Numbered from the stretch's first letter, positions 46,492 through 55,460 are shown. The stretch is 64,000 nt of DNA from Clostridiales bacterium (GCA_028724525.1 JAQYCV010000028.1:2309-66308); one strand, 5' to 3'. Notes: generated by a model not told the origin, from the letters alone. Translations and numbers: made by a program.

Positions 46492-47277
46492 TTACGCTTC
46501 GTCGCCAGAAAGATCTTCCTCTTCATTGACCTTCATGGCCTCAGCATCAGACATCGCAGTATCCTTCATGCCAGCTTCCTGCAGTTCCATCTGAGTGCCT
46601 TGGCGGCCTTCGAGAACAGCATTGGCCATAGTCGCGGTCATCAGTTTGATCGAGCGGATCGCATCATCGTTGCCAGGAATCACGACATCAACTAAGTCAG
46701 GATCACAGTTGGTGTCCACAATGGCCACGACAGGAATGCCCAGGCGGTTGGCTTCAGCTACAGCCAGATGCTCTTTCTTAATATCAACAACAAAGAGGGC
46801 ATCGGGCAGCTGGCGCATCTCCTTAATACCACCGAGGTTGCTTTGGAGCTTTTCCATCTCCAGGTGAAGTTTAGCCACTTCTTTCTTAGGTAAAACATCA
46901 AAAGTGCCGTTTTCAGCCATTTCCTCCAGCTCTTTTAAGCGTTGGATCCGGCTGCGGATGGTCTTGAAGTTGGTCATGGTGCCACCCAACCAGCGGTTAT
47001 TGATGTAGAACATGTTGCAGCGCTCGGCTTCTTCTTTGATTGCATCCTTAGCCTGCTTTTTTGTCCCAACAAAGAGAATATTGCCACCCTTGAGAGAGAT
47101 ATCTCTGATAAAGTTATAGGCATCTTCTACTTTTTTAATGGTTTGTTCCAGGTCAATGATGTAGATCCCATTGCGGTCGGTGAAGATATATTCCTTCATC
47201 TTAGGGTTCCAACGTCTGGTTTGGTGGCCAAAATGTACGCCGCCTTCGAGTAATTGTTTCATGGTAATAATGGACAT
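46492..47277 (-). CDS. rpsB: 30S ribosomal protein S2
   Basis: [22 protein letters not shown], with an acidic C-terminal tail. Confidence 0.95.
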   Translation of the reverse strand: MSIITMKQLLEGGVHFGHQTRRWNPKMKEYIFTDRNGIYIIDLEQTIKKVEDAYNFIRDISLKGGNILFVGTKKQAKDAIKEEAERCNMFYINNRWLGGTMTNFKTIRSRIQRLKELEEMAENGTFDVLPKKEVAKLHLEMEKLQSNLGGIKEMRQLPDALFVVDIKKEHLAVAEANRLGIPVVAIVDTNCDPDLVDVVIPGNDDAIRSIKLMTATMANAVLEGRQGTQMELQEAGMKDTAMSDAEAMKVNEEEDLSGDEA

Positions 47278-47461
47278 AATTTTCCTCCTGTTTCGTCCTC
47301 CGGGAGTTGCTGCCAGCCTTAAGCTGGAACAGGAATAACTCTCGTGTGAATTAACCTTAAGGATTCTAGCATGAAAGGGGGCTAGGCCGCAAGGCCCTCG
47401 CCTGTGGGCCTAGCTAGAGGCGAGGTAGTATTCTCAAAGTATAGTAACGGTGGCAGTTGGC

Positions 47462-47495
47462 TATAAAAGAGGCCAGCTCCTAAGAACTGGCCTCT
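47462..47495 (-). terminator. Intrinsic terminator ending the sugar operon
   Basis: AGAGGCCAG-N10-CTGGCCTCT stem, followed on the minus strand by TTTTATAG. Confidence 0.7.
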
Positions 47496-47521
47496 AGGCA
47501 GACTATAAATGCGCTAGGCCT

Positions 47522-48589
47522 TTAGTCTTCAAATTGGTCAACGTTGTCTTTGGTTACAACGGTAACACCCGTGTCAACCTGGGTTTCTTCAAGCTTTTCG
47601 CCTTCTAGAACCTTAACAGCAGCTTCGATAGATTTTTCGCCCATAATGTTGGGGTTCTGAGCCATGAAAGCCAGGAGCTCGCCATCTTTAATGTGGGCGC
47701 GGTTAGAGCTAGAGTTATCAAAACCAACGGCCAGAATGTTCTTCCCATTCGCATTGGCTTCCTTAACTGCGTTGGCCATACCATTCGTTGCGCCGTCATT
47801 TGCACCATAGAGAGCAACAACACCATCGTTGATCAGAGCGGCGGCCTGGTCTTGAGCCTTAGCAGCATCACCGTCAGAGTATTGGACTTCGCCCAGCTCA
47901 TAGGGGGTTCCGTCAAAGGCCTTAATGAAGCCATCTACACGGTCGATGCAGGATTGTACGCCAGCCTGGGCAGAGACGATCCCGATTTTGCCTTCTTTAA
48001 TTTGCGCAGCCTCAAGCTCTTCCAGCAATTTCTTGCCAGCGGCTTCACCAGCGGCAAAGTTATCAGTAGCAAAAGTGGCGGAAGCTTCAACTGTAGCAGG
48101 AGAGTCAACGTAGATTAACTTGATGCCCTTGTCTAAGGCCTCTTTGAGGACATCATTTGCGGCTGTAGAGTCATTGCAGGAGATAATAATGACATTAGCG
48201 CCATCGTTAATCGCTGTTTCAATCATCTGAATCTGTTGGGCGTTGTCTTTCTTTTCAGGAGCCAGCCATTTGTAGTTAATCTTTTTGCCTGCGGCAGTCA
48301 GTTCATCTACCTTGGCTTTAGCAGCTTTTTCTAGCTTTACCCAGTGCACATCCATCTGGTCCATAGTGATAAGATGAATATTCATTTCGGCATCTGCGGC
48401 AGGTTCTTTAGCCTCATCTGCCTTGGATTCTTCAGCTTTCTTTTCTTCTGTTTTTTCTTCCTTCTGTTCTTCTTGCTTTTTTTCAGCAGCAGGTGCTTCT
48501 GTGGCTTTTTCTTTGTTAGCTGCAGGAGCGCAAGCAGCCAGGCTGAACATCAAAGCAGCAACAAGAAGGACAATTGAAAATTTTTTCAT
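47522..48589 (-). CDS. CUT2 (ribose-type) sugar ABC transporter substrate-binding lipoprotein
   Basis: The signal peptide plus lipobox is MKKFSIVLLVAALMFSLAAC, followed by a ~45-aa E/K-rich linker and a type I periplasmic-binding fold (RbsB/AlsB-like). ATG 48589 (AAAGGA 7 nt upstream) is preferred over 48637. Confidence 0.85.
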   Translation of the reverse strand: MKKFSIVLLVAALMFSLAACAPAANKEKATEAPAAEKKQEEQKEEKTEEKKAEESKADEAKEPAADAEMNIHLITMDQMDVHWVKLEKAAKAKVDELTAAGKKINYKWLAPEKKDNAQQIQMIETAINDGANVIIISCNDSTAANDVLKEALDKGIKLIYVDSPATVEASATFATDNFAAGEAAGKKLLEELEAAQIKEGKIGIVSAQAGVQSCIDRVDGFIKAFDGTPYELGEVQYSDGDAAKAQDQAAALINDGVVALYGANDGATNGMANAVKEANANGKNILAVGFDNSSSNRAHIKDGELLAFMAQNPNIMGEKSIEAAVKVLEGEKLEETQVDTGVTVVTKDNVDQFED

Positions 48590-48670
48590 ACTGTTTTCCT
48601 TTCTCAGATGTGGGCTTTTGGCGCCCCTCATCTTCATGAATCGGTTTTCACCGTTTTCACCTTACTTGCC

Positions 48671-48697
48671 GAGTAAAATATATACCATATTTTACTC
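48671..48697 (-). other. AT-rich 11-bp perfect hairpin between the permease and binding-protein genes
   Basis: GAGTAAAATAT-N5-ATATTTTACTC lies immediately after the permease stop. There is no U-tract, so it is probably a processing, stability or partial-termination element. Confidence 0.5.
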
Positions 48698-48702
48698 TAA
48701 AT

Positions 48703-49701
48703 CTAAGATATTTTCTTGGCTTTTGGCGACCTGCGACGCAAGACATCAAAGAGCACACAAGCCACTACAATAATACCAATAATAATATTTCTCAGGGCTA
48801 CAGGTACACCTGCAAAGGTCAGGCCGCTTTGCAGAATGGCCCATACAGAGGCACCCGCAATAACACCTGGCAGAAGTCCGCTACCGCCCAAGGTAGAAAC
48901 ACCGCCGATAACTGCAGCCGCGACTGCGTACATTTCGTAACTCATACCCGCACTCATGTCGCCCATGCCGGACTGGGCCATAGTGATAAGGCCCGTTAAG
49001 CCTGAACAAAGAGCGGATACCAAGTAAACCTTAGAAATTGTCTTAAAAATATCCACGCCTGACAGACGTGCCGCGTCAACGTTGGAGCCTACAGCATAAA
49101 TATGACGGCCACTCCGGGTGTAAGTCAGTATATAGAAAAAGATAAACCAGACCAGAAGAGCCAACCATACCACAGTGTAGATGCCAAGGAATTTACCGTA
49201 ATAAAAAAGGTTTTTAAAGGCTTGGGCAGGGCCTTCTGATCCAATATTATCCGTATTGTAGTTACCATTCACCCACTGGGCGACACCACGTGCAATGGTC
49301 ATAGTTCCTAAGGTTGCAATGAAGGGGGGCAATTTAAATTTTCCAACTAAAACACCGTTAATCACACCTACGATCATACTGGCAATCATAGCCACTAAGG
49401 CAGCTACGATAGGATGAACGCTTTTGGTCATTAAGGTCGCAGAAATCATGGCGCTCATCCCGACAACTGATCCGATGGAAAGATCAATGTTGCCGGTAAT
49501 ACATACATAAGCTTGGCCAATTCCCACTAATAGGAAAGGCACCACACTCCGCATGAGCGTAGTAAGACTAGACCATTTAAAGAAGTTCGGATTGATCACA
49601 CTAAAGATGATCATTAATATCAAAACACCCACATAAGCGGTAATAACCGAGGCCACTCCCGGCTTTGCCAAAATGCTCTTATTGTTACATTTATTTTCCA
49701 T
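48703..49701 (-). CDS. CUT2 sugar ABC transporter permease (RbsC/AlsC-like)
   Basis: 332 aa with ~10 TM helices and a GNIDLSIGS motif. Confidence 0.9.
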   Translation of the reverse strand: MENKCNNKSILAKPGVASVITAYVGVLILMIIFSVINPNFFKWSSLTTLMRSVVPFLLVGIGQAYVCITGNIDLSIGSVVGMSAMISATLMTKSVHPIVAALVAMIASMIVGVINGVLVGKFKLPPFIATLGTMTIARGVAQWVNGNYNTDNIGSEGPAQAFKNLFYYGKFLGIYTVVWLALLVWFIFFYILTYTRSGRHIYAVGSNVDAARLSGVDIFKTISKVYLVSALCSGLTGLITMAQSGMGDMSAGMSYEMYAVAAAVIGGVSTLGGSGLLPGVIAGASVWAILQSGLTFAGVPVALRNIIIGIIVVACVLFDVLRRRSPKAKKIS

Positions 49702-49714
49702 ATGTCACCACTCC

Positions 49715-51220
49715 CTATTCATTTAGGCCAAATTTCGTAGCGTAGGTCATGATTTCTTCCTCAGAGGTCTTTGCCGGATCTACTTCTCCCGTGATGCGAC
49801 CATTACACATAACCAAGATGCGATCCGCTATGCCCATTATTTCTGGTAATTCACTAGAGACAATAATCACTGCAACCCCTGAGCGTTTGAGCTGGTTGAT
49901 GAGTTGATAAATTTCAACTTTAGCCGCGACATCAATGCCACGTGTAGGCTCATCAAAGATGATCACCTGCGAATTGCGTGCCAGCCACTTTGCTACCACA
50001 ACCTTTTGCTGATTACCTCCTGAAAGACTTGACGCAGCCGTATCCGCGCTAGACATACGAATGGACAAGCCGTCTTTACTCTTATCCACCAGTTTTCTTT
50101 CTTTATTCTTACTGACTCGGCCAATGGCCTCAAGCAACAAATCTAAGTTTGGCAGAGCGATATTCTCTCGAATGGAAAGCTTGGTGCATAGGCCATCACG
50201 CTTACGATCTTCCGGCACAAGGACCAAATGGTTATTAATTGCATCCTGGGGAGACTTAAACTCCACAGTTTTGTCATTCAAAATAATTTCGCCAGAATCA
50301 ATAGGATCTGCGCCAAAAATCGCCCGCATAGTTTCCGTTCGGCCAGCGCCGACTAATCCCGCAAAACCCAAGGCTTCACCAGCATAGGCTTTGAAAGAAA
50401 CATCCCGAACTTGGCGGCCAGCCTTTAGATTTTTGACCTCGAGCTTCAGATCTCCACGTTGTCCAGGCTCACGAGGATATTTCTCTTTAATCTCATGACC
50501 TACCATGTTGCGGATGATTTCTTCCATACTAAAGTCCTGGAAAGCACCCTCTGTGATGTAGTGTCCATCCCGCATAATGGTCACCCGGTCCACAATGTGA
50601 TGCAGTTCCTCCAAACGGTGGGAAATATAAATGATGGCTACTCCCTGCTTTCGCAGCTCTTTCACCACCCGAAACATTTCCGTGATTTCAACATCTGAAA
50701 GTGAAGAGGAAGGCTCATCCATCACAAGAATCTTGGCATTTACAAGAAGGGCCTTGGCTATCTCCACCATCTGCTGTCGTCCTACGGATAGGGATCCCAC
50801 TAGCTGATGAGGATTCATATCCGTGATACCAAGCTTGGCAAGCTGCTCCAGGGCAAGGCGATCCATGCTAGCGCGATCAAGCCGTCCATTCTTTGTTATT
50901 TCCCGGGCGAGAAATATATTGTCAGTGACCGAAAGATCCTTACACATGTTGAGTTCTTGGTGAATAATCGCTACCCCAAGATCTTGGGCTTCACGCGTGT
51001 TGAGATCGCCCTCAATTTTTTTGCCTAGGATCTCAAGATCACCGCTGTCTCTCGTATATACGCCGGAGAGAATCTTGACGAGCGTGGATTTACCCGCGCC
51101 ATTTTCTCCCAGCAGGGCCATGACTTCACCGGGACGAACGTGTAGCTGTACATCATCCAGTGCCTTCACCCCAGGAAAGGTCTTATAAATATGATCCATG
51201 GAAACGGCAAATTCACTCAT
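49715..51220 (-). CDS. CUT2 sugar ABC transporter ATPase (fused double NBD, RbsA/AlsA-like)
   Basis: GENGAGKST Walker A, LSVGRQQ/LSGGNQQ signatures, and two NBDs. ATG 51220 (GGAGGG 6 nt upstream) is preferred over 51277, which would overlap the upstream gene. Confidence 0.9.
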   Translation of the reverse strand: MSEFAVSMDHIYKTFPGVKALDDVQLHVRPGEVMALLGENGAGKSTLVKILSGVYTRDSGDLEILGKKIEGDLNTREAQDLGVAIIHQELNMCKDLSVTDNIFLAREITKNGRLDRASMDRLALEQLAKLGITDMNPHQLVGSLSVGRQQMVEIAKALLVNAKILVMDEPSSSLSDVEITEMFRVVKELRKQGVAIIYISHRLEELHHIVDRVTIMRDGHYITEGAFQDFSMEEIIRNMVGHEIKEKYPREPGQRGDLKLEVKNLKAGRQVRDVSFKAYAGEALGFAGLVGAGRTETMRAIFGADPIDSGEIILNDKTVEFKSPQDAINNHLVLVPEDRKRDGLCTKLSIRENIALPNLDLLLEAIGRVSKNKERKLVDKSKDGLSIRMSSADTAASSLSGGNQQKVVVAKWLARNSQVIIFDEPTRGIDVAAKVEIYQLINQLKRSGVAVIIVSSELPEIMGIADRILVMCNGRITGEVDPAKTSEEEIMTYATKFGLNE

Positions 51221-51249
51221 CGTCGTCCCTCCTTCCTCCTCGTCCTTGA

Positions 51250-51930
51250 TTAGTCCGTTTGAGGATACTCGTTGCAAAGCAAACGGTAGGCAGGCTCATC
51301 TTCCTCAATTTTGGGGAAGCGTCCCAGAGGCTTGTAAAAGCGGTTATCATTATTGTCATCATTACACATAGAAACTTCGCCGATAATGGCATAGGAAGAG
51401 CCGGGCGCCACAAAAAACTCATGGTACAGATAAGGATAAAGTGTCAGACTCTCTCCAGGCTTTAGCAGAAGGTCTTTGCCCGAAGGATAAGTAAATTTCC
51501 GTCCATCCTTATAAAGGACAACGTCATCATCTTTAAGTTCACCATCTTTTGTTGCATTCCAGAGACGGAAGATTAAATCACCGCCTCCCCGGTTGATGAT
51601 GTCTTCCATCTTGAGCCAATGAAAATGATTGGGGGAAACTTGTCCTGCCTTGAGCATCATAATTTTTTCTGCATAGGTCTTTTTATACTTGGGGTTGTTA
51701 ACATTCCCATTGCGCAGAGTAATGAGGGCCAAACCAGTGGTCGAAAAATCCCCAAGGCCATAGTCAGTGACATCCCAACCCAAGGCATTATCCCTGATTT
51801 CATCATACTCATGATTCTTTTCTCGCCACTCTTCAGGCGTAAAATGTAAAAAAGGCGGCAGATAGAACTGATGTTTTTCGAGTTTCTCTTCAAAATCTCT
51901 TATAATTGCATTAATTTCTGAACGTTTCAT
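51250..51930 (-). CDS. D-lyxose/D-mannose ketol-isomerase-like cupin
   Basis: 226 aa with KTYAEKIMMLKAGQVSPNHFHWLKMEDIINRGGG and a C-terminal EVSMCNDDNNDNRF, matching the YdaE/Z5688 D-lyxose isomerase family pattern (metal ligands HxH...E...H). Confidence 0.8.
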   Translation of the reverse strand: MKRSEINAIIRDFEEKLEKHQFYLPPFLHFTPEEWREKNHEYDEIRDNALGWDVTDYGLGDFSTTGLALITLRNGNVNNPKYKKTYAEKIMMLKAGQVSPNHFHWLKMEDIINRGGGDLIFRLWNATKDGELKDDDVVLYKDGRKFTYPSGKDLLLKPGESLTLYPYLYHEFFVAPGSSYAIIGEVSMCNDDNNDNRFYKPLGRFPKIEEDEPAYRLLCNEYPQTD

Positions 51931-51947
51931 AATCTTCTCCTTAATTT

Positions 51948-53015
51948 TTATAATGTATCAAGATGTTTTGACAAACATTGATCAATAACAGCACACGTCG
52001 CTTGGAAGTCTTTCGCTCCTTCAAGTACGGTAAAACGTAAGATGTTTTCTTCAGATTGTCCTGGTAAAAGCGTGTGCAAATTCCCAGACTCTATCTCATG
52101 TGCACGTCCATAGGGGCCACTATTTGTTGGCTCAAAAGCTAGAACATAATCTCCCGAGGCCAAAGATTTCCATTGCATAAATTTTGGTAGATTCGTGGCA
52201 GAATAACGGATTTCCAGGCCTAATTCCAGCTCATGATTATAAATAGCACATGTCACCATATTTTGAGGGTCTGCGGCAACTTCATGCAGGAATACATATT
52301 CTGGCTCTCCCGGGCTAGGAGCTTCCATCCTTGACCAATGGGCTTCCGCAAACTTAGTTGTCTCATCGCGCACACGTACAGCATAAGAAGGAATGGCTAT
52401 CTCACATGCCTCATCTAAAAAAGGAAAGCCAAAATTGATGTGGTACAACATCATAAGACCCTCCTCTCGAAAGCCTTGGTTTTCAATTCTATCGTGCAAG
52501 ACAAATGACTTTGACCCATAGACAGTTGTCACAGTCCGTCGCATGACCAAATTTTCTCCAAAGAGACTAGCTTCTCGCATTTGGCCACTGGCCTCTAGAA
52601 TGTAGGCATTATCCTGCCAATAGGCGGCGTAGCTCAAGTTTTCAGCTACTTGATTCCGCATTCTACCATGCATGGGATAAGTCACATCAGCCAGCTGACA
52701 AGGTGGACAAGTATTCGTGAGGCCAGAGGTGAAAAGCAAGCCCCCCATGACGCTACGAACCGCTTCCTGGCCCTTCCCATCTTGGGATTCACGTGCTAGC
52801 AAACCCGGTTTTGCTAGAAAATTAAAATTTTGGCCTTTATAGGAAAAGTCCGCTATATCCAGAGCTTTATCTGCCAGCAGGCTTAAACGCATCGGCCCAT
52901 TAAGCAATTCCAGAGCTCTAAGGCCCCTAGCCGGGCCAGATTCATGGCTTACCAAGCGAAGGGAGGCTAACTGGTCCATATGACCTACACGCGATAAAAG
53001 ATCCGCTTTGTTCAT
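51948..53015 (-). CDS. Aldose 1-epimerase-fold protein (DUF4432-like)
   Basis: 355 aa. The N-terminal segment LASLRLVSHESGPARGLRALELLNGPMRLSLLADKALDIADFSYKGQNF and the overall beta-rich composition resemble the DUF4432 / galactose-mutarotase-like superfamily. The family call is from memory only. Confidence 0.55.
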   Translation of the reverse strand: MNKADLLSRVGHMDQLASLRLVSHESGPARGLRALELLNGPMRLSLLADKALDIADFSYKGQNFNFLAKPGLLARESQDGKGQEAVRSVMGGLLFTSGLTNTCPPCQLADVTYPMHGRMRNQVAENLSYAAYWQDNAYILEASGQMREASLFGENLVMRRTVTTVYGSKSFVLHDRIENQGFREEGLMMLYHINFGFPFLDEACEIAIPSYAVRVRDETTKFAEAHWSRMEAPSPGEPEYVFLHEVAADPQNMVTCAIYNHELELGLEIRYSATNLPKFMQWKSLASGDYVLAFEPTNSGPYGRAHEIESGNLHTLLPGQSEENILRFTVLEGAKDFQATCAVIDQCLSKHLDTL

Positions 53016-53021
53016 GGGCAG

Positions 53022-53594
53022 CTACTCCAGATTGGCGTGATACTGCCAAAGAGATTTCATATCAATTTCGTATTCTTCTAGCAAGAGCTTAGCCAAAATA
53101 TCCCCCAAGAGCAATAAGCATTGTTCAAAGAGTGAGGTCATAGGTTGGATCGAAGCCACCTCATCTGGCAGGTAAAGTTTTGTCTGCACCGGTATCCTCA
53201 GCATCCAATCTGCAAATTCCCTCATGGGGCTATTAGGATTAGACCCAATGTGAATGATCGTGCAGTCTACTGTTTCACGGGCTTTACGCGCGATAGCCAG
53301 GGGAAAAAGCGAGGAACCAGAGCCAGAGCCCACGATGAGGAGATCCTCCTTTTTGATCGCAGGTTCGGTGATATCACCAACACAATGCGCTTGAATGCCC
53401 AGATGGGCTAGACGTTTGCAGACCATTTGCAAGGCCAGCATGACACGTCCAACACCAACAAAGAAGACCTGATCTGCCTCCCGGATAGCTCTGGCCGTTC
53501 TTGCCAGTTGATCAGCATCCACCGCTTGTAAGGCGGTCATGATTTCCTCTAAGACTCTTGCACAAGTAGGTAGATAATTATCTTCTATACTCAT
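53022..53594 (-). CDS. SIS-domain sugar-phosphate isomerase, 6-phospho-3-hexuloisomerase (HxlB/PHI) family
   Basis: 190 aa. FFVGVGRVM...LLIVGSGSGSS and the C-terminal SIQPMTSLFEQCLLLLGD...YHANLE closely parallel B. subtilis HxlB (TIQPMGSLFEQTLLL...HHANLE). Confidence 0.8.
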   Translation of the reverse strand: MSIEDNYLPTCARVLEEIMTALQAVDADQLARTARAIREADQVFFVGVGRVMLALQMVCKRLAHLGIQAHCVGDITEPAIKKEDLLIVGSGSGSSLFPLAIARKARETVDCTIIHIGSNPNSPMREFADWMLRIPVQTKLYLPDEVASIQPMTSLFEQCLLLLGDILAKLLLEEYEIDMKSLWQYHANLE

Positions 53595-54316
53595 TTGCTT
53601 TCCTCAATAATTTTCTTTCTCAAAGCCTGAAGATCCGCCAAACTTTCCCGCAATTCTCCACGGCGCAAGCAGGTACTGCCAACGACAAAGCTATCTACTG
53701 TGCCCGCTCCGTAGCGTCTAATATCTGCTTGAGCAATACGGCCATCTATAGCAATTTCTGTTTTCAAGCCGCGTTCCGTAATCATTTGGCGCAAGTCTAA
53801 AATTTTTCTTTCCGCATACCCGACCTGGGCTTCCCCCCGCATAAAGGCATAACCAGGGTTGATCAGCATTAACAAAACGCTGTCACACATGTCCAAAACA
53901 TAGGATAAGATAGAAAGGTCCGTCGCGGGTTTAAGGGCCAAACCGGCTCTCACACCATGCGCGTGGATGCGTTTTAACATACCATCTATATGTGGTTCAG
54001 TCTCAGCATGGACCACAATCTGCTGAACACCTATATCTAAGAGTTCATCCACAAAATAATCATTGGCAGTCGTCATTACATGGCATTCAAAGGGGAGGTC
54101 AGTCTTAGCCCGCAATTGGCGTACAGCATCTAAGCCCAGAGGCATGCTAGGGCTAAAATGGCCATCTAAAATATCCACATGGATTTGGCCAATCCCCGCC
54201 TCTTCTAGCACGGACACATCCCTTTCCAGGTTGCATAAATCCAGGCAAATTAAAGAAGGCGAAAGACGGCAGGGTTTACTCCACCAATCAGTTTTAGCAG
54301 AAACTAAATCAGCCAT
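53591..54316 (-). CDS. Ribulose-phosphate 3-epimerase-family enzyme, AlsE-like (second RPE paralog in the window)
   Basis: SPSLICLDL...HVDILDGHFSPSMPLG...LMLINPGY...DGRI motifs. It is clearly diverged from the housekeeping rpe at 22773-23507. Confidence 0.8.
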   Translation of the reverse strand: MADLVSAKTDWWSKPCRLSPSLICLDLCNLERDVSVLEEAGIGQIHVDILDGHFSPSMPLGLDAVRQLRAKTDLPFECHVMTTANDYFVDELLDIGVQQIVVHAETEPHIDGMLKRIHAHGVRAGLALKPATDLSILSYVLDMCDSVLLMLINPGYAFMRGEAQVGYAERKILDLRQMITERGLKTEIAIDGRIAQADIRRYGAGTVDSFVVGSTCLRRGELRESLADLQALRKKIIEESK

Positions 54317-55250
54317 TTAAGTTCTCCAAGCTAGCAACAATTTGTGATCGGTCTGGTAAAGCAGAAATAGCGCCCTTTGTTTGCACACATAGCCAGCCAG
54401 AAGCATTGCCATAGGCTAGTGCTTGCTGGATCATCTCTTGGCTAAGATCTTCAGCTTTTCCTAAGCCTTGATCCAATAAAGAAGAGAGAAAAGCCCCCCA
54501 AAAAGCATCGCCCGCAGCTGTAGTATCGACAGGCTTAGCGGGATGACTAGGGGCCTCAATAATGATATCTTTCCAAAAAGCCCTCGCGCCAGCTGCGCCC
54601 AAAGTTTCCACAAGCAGATGTATCCCCTGACGTTTCATCCAGGTAGGAAGGTCCCTTTCCTCGGTGACAAACATAGTCACTTCTTCTTCTGACATCTTTA
54701 CCATATCGACATAGGAGAGCAGGGATTCCACAGCAGAAACACATGCGGCAGGCCTATCCCACATGACATCACGATAATTAACATCAAAGCTAGTCAGCAA
54801 GTGATGTTCACGGCCAAGACGTAAGGCTTTTCTTGTCGCTTCCGCCGCGGGAGAAACCGAAAGGGAGCAAGAGCCGGCATGGACAATACGTGATTGGGCG
54901 ATATCCGCCTCGCGCACATCTGCCTCATCTATATAGCGGTCTGCTCCAGGCTTACGCGCAAAGGTAAAGGAACGCTCGCCATCCTGTAAACTCACAAATG
55001 CCATTGTGGTGGTTGCATGAGAAATTCGCTCAGGCTTAATAATCTGGACTCTATTCTCCTTTAAAGTTCGATGAATAAATTTCCCAAAGGTATCCTCGCC
55101 CACTGCGCAACACATGGCGGCTTCATAACCATTCCGAGATAGCTCAATCGCGACATTAGCAGGAGCTCCACCAGCACTATAAATATAGCTCATGGGTTCA
55201 TGACCAGGTATAAAATCGATCACCATCTCACCTATACAATAGATATCCAT
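54309..55250 (-). CDS. PfkB-family carbohydrate kinase (fructokinase-like)
   Basis: MDIYCIGEMVIDFIP, GGAPANVA, and the C-terminal DTTAAGDAF anion-hole/catalytic Asp motif. Confidence 0.85.
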   Translation of the reverse strand: MDIYCIGEMVIDFIPGHEPMSYIYSAGGAPANVAIELSRNGYEAAMCCAVGEDTFGKFIHRTLKENRVQIIKPERISHATTTMAFVSLQDGERSFTFARKPGADRYIDEADVREADIAQSRIVHAGSCSLSVSPAAEATRKALRLGREHHLLTSFDVNYRDVMWDRPAACVSAVESLLSYVDMVKMSEEEVTMFVTEERDLPTWMKRQGIHLLVETLGAAGARAFWKDIIIEAPSHPAKPVDTTAAGDAFWGAFLSSLLDQGLGKAEDLSQEMIQQALAYGNASGWLCVQTKGAISALPDRSQIVASLENLNG

Positions 55251-55310
55251 ATCTTTTCCACATAGACTTAATATGCTAATTACCGAGTTTTTATCGTTAA
55301 TCGCTTGTAT

Positions 55311-55339
55311 ATTTTAGCGTTTTTAACAAATTGGGTCAA
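55311..55339 (-). promoter_or_regulatory. Strong sigma-A-type promoter of the sugar operon
   Basis: Minus strand reads TTGACC-17 nt-TAAAAT, ~60 nt upstream of the kinase ATG. Confidence 0.55.
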
Positions 55340-55411
55340 CAAATAACGTAGCTTGCTGGTGGCGCGATGGAAATATAAGCAAACTCTAGGGAGGTGACTT
55401 ATTTTTGCAGG

Positions 55412-55444
55412 AGCAAAAGTAAAGGCCGCCCTCTCGGGCGGCCT
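55412..55444 (-). terminator. Intrinsic terminator (distal) after ispH-rpsA
   Basis: AGGCCGCCC-TCTC-GGGCGGCCT stem, followed on the minus strand by TTTACTTTTG. Confidence 0.6.
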
Positions 55445-55460
55445 GAAAGCTTGTAGTCTG

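Noticed and set aside
48344-48773. Phe/Ser/Cys-rich ORFs (48344-48577 +, 48423-48773 +) and Ala/Ser-rich ORFs at 55488-55920 (+).
   Set aside because: They are antisense images of the Glu/Lys-rich linker of the binding lipoprotein and of the Ala/Glu/Lys tail of IspH-S1. They are low-complexity artefacts.
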